This document shows, piece after piece, positions 22,671 through 24,000 of a stretch of DNA of 24,000 nt. The stretch is from an uncultured Anaerolineae bacterium (GTDB taxonomy: Bacteria > Chloroflexota > Anaerolineae > SSC4 > Amarolineaceae), in NCBI GenBank assembly GCA_964443225.1, contig CAYUCC010000019.1:1451-25450 (forward strand), in the 5' to 3' direction. Under the pieces are notes generated by a model, which worked only from the letters and a program-made list of their open reading frames with translations, was not told the origin of the DNA and made no database searches. Position 1 is the stretch's first letter; each line of letters opens with the position of its first letter. The translations under genes were made by a program, and so were the position numbers.

Positions 22671-24000
22671 CTACAGCGCGTTCACCAAGGCCCTAAAATG
22701 CTCTCCACGAGCCGCAAAGTCGCGGTACCTATCGTAACTGGTGCCACCCGGTGACAACAACACCACGTCGCCGGGTCGAGCCAGGCGAGCTGCCAGCGTG
22801 ACGGCGGGTGCCAGGTCACCACCGTGATGTACCGGAGGTGCCTGCCCCGCCGCATCGGGATGATCGGCAGCATATTCGGCCAGCTCTCGCTCGATCAAGG
22901 CCGCGGCTTCGCCAAACGTAATCACGTGGCGCACACGGCGTCGAATCGCCATTGCCAACGGTTCCCACGGCAGGTGTTTGTCACGCCCGCCGGCCAGCAG
23001 GATGATCGGCTCCTCGAACGAATCCAACGCCGCCAGGGCCCGCTCCGGCGTGGTGGCAATCGAATCGTTGTACCAGCCGACACCACGATGGTGACGTACG
23101 AGCTCCAGCCGGTGCGCTACACCGCTAAATGTCGTTGCGACCTCGCGCATCGCCTCGACGCTGGCGCCCGCCGCACCACTCAGACAACACGCGGCCAGGA
23201 TGTTGCTGAGGTTGTGCCGGCCACGCAGCCGCACTTCACCAACCCGGCAGACGAGTGTCTCCGCCCCATCTGGATTCCGCACCAGCAGCCGGTCCTGGTT
23301 GAGATACGCACCGGCGGGCGGTACCGCTACCAGACTAAAACCCAGGGTACACACACCACGAGCCGTCGATTGAGCTCTTACCTCGTCCCACCAGGCATGC
23401 GTGATGGCGTTGTCGAGCCCGAACACGGCGGTGTCACCCGCCTTCTGATGTTCGAACAAACGGTGTTTGGCCGCCGCATAGGCTTCCATCGACGGGTGGC
23501 GGTCCAGGTGATTGGGTGTCACGTTCAACACACCCGCCACCTGCGGGCTTACCGGTGCATCCAGACACAGCGTTTCATCGAACAGTTCCAGCTGAAAACT
23601 GGATAATTCCAGCACCACGCGGTCGCCCGCCGTTATCTCGTGCAAACGGTCGATGAGCGGCGTGCCGATGTTACCGCCCACCCAGGTCGGCAGCCCGCTG
23701 GCCTTGACCATCTCACCCACCAGCGTGGTGGTGGTCGTTTTGCCGCTCGACCCGGTAATACCCACGGTCACTGCCGGACAACGCTGCAGCGTCAGCAGTG
23801 AATCGTTGCTCAGAGCAATCCCACGCGCCTGTGCTGCCTGCACGACCGGCAGGTCGGGTGGTACACCGCCGCTCAAACAGAGCAGATCGGTCCCGTCGAG
23901 CAGCGACAACGGATGCCCGCCCAACACCAGCTGTACTGGCAGATCGGCCACCACCGCCAGCGCGGCGGTCAGTGACTCGGCGGGCTGCGTATCACTCAAG
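22671..24000 (-). CDS. murD: UDP-N-acetylmuramoylalanine--D-glutamate ligase (5' end lies beyond the window)
   Basis: GITGSSGKTTTTTL (P-loop), NVTPNHLDRH, WYNDSIATTPERA, LLAGGRDK. The N-terminal Rossmann GxGxxG is missing. The apparent start at 23999 is a TTG created by the window edge. Confidence 0.9.
   Translation of the reverse strand, partial: LSDTQPAESLTAALAVVADLPVQLVLGGHPLSLLDGTDLLCLSGGVPPDLPVVQAAQARGIALSNDSLLTLQRCPAVTVGITGSSGKTTTTTLVGEMVKASGLPTWVGGNIGTPLIDRLHEITAGDRVVLELSSFQLELFDETLCLDAPVSPQVAGVLNVTPNHLDRHPSMEAYAAAKHRLFEHQKAGDTAVFGLDNAITHAWWDEVRAQSTARGVCTLGFSLVAVPPAGAYLNQDRLLVRNPDGAETLVCRVGEVRLRGRHNLSNILAACCLSGAAGASVEAMREVATTFSGVAHRLELVRHHRGVGWYNDSIATTPERALAALDSFEEPIILLAGGRDKHLPWEPLAMAIRRRVRHVITFGEAAALIERELAEYAADHPDAAGQAPPVHHGGDLAPAVTLAARLARPGDVVLLSPGGTSYDRYRDFAARGEHFRALVNAL

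Noticed and set aside
1-24000. rRNA, tRNA, transposase, integrase, phage or defence-system genes
   Set aside because: No intergenic gap is long enough for an rRNA, and none shows a tRNA cloverleaf. The only gaps over 150 nt are 8650-8843 and 17340-17560, both examined. No ORF shows recombinase, nuclease or defence-type motifs.

Overview
High-GC (about 60-65% by eye) bacterial chromosomal window. 23 of the 24 genes are on the minus strand and tightly packed, with many 4-nt ATGA/GTGA start-stop overlaps. Phylum cannot be assigned without a search.

Gene content, listed by ascending coordinate (minus-strand transcription runs in the reverse order):
- An unidentified partial ORF and a LON N-terminal-domain protein.
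- truD, a DUF2085 membrane protein, and a carotenoid block: crtB, a plant/cyanobacterial-type phytoene desaturase (CrtP-like), and two small lycopene-cyclase-domain genes.
- A pterin block, folE-folK-folB, then a Zn-ribbon SAM methyltransferase.
- An ECF sigma factor, a secreted cutinase/PETase-like alpha/beta-hydrolase with FN3 and dockerin modules, and a plus-strand TPR protein.
- A near-complete dcw cluster. In transcription order it reads murD(partial)-ftsW-murG-[two CvpA-like membrane genes]-murC-murB-ddl-ftsQ-ftsA-ftsZ.

No rRNA, tRNA, CRISPR array, transposase or integrase was found.

Observations not explained by ordinary annotation:
1. Four in-frame tandem 42/48-nt repeats inside truD, each carrying an 8-bp GC hairpin.
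2. An 83-bp hairpin-forming element present twice at 84% identity, with compensatory stem changes. One copy abuts the sigma-factor stop codon. The other supplies the last 12 codons and the stop of murC.
3. An 84-codon Arg/Ser-rich FtsW tail encoded out of frame inside murG, coextensive with a low-complexity insertion in MurG.
4. Short tandem repeats in mRNA leaders: (GGAGTAG)x5, (GATTTTG)x4 and a TTGGGG-like G-quadruplex tract.
5. A co-directional ECF sigma / methyltransferase / pterin / carotenoid arrangement that may be a light or oxidative-stress module. This one is inference only.

All family calls come from reading motifs in the translations by eye. No database search was run.
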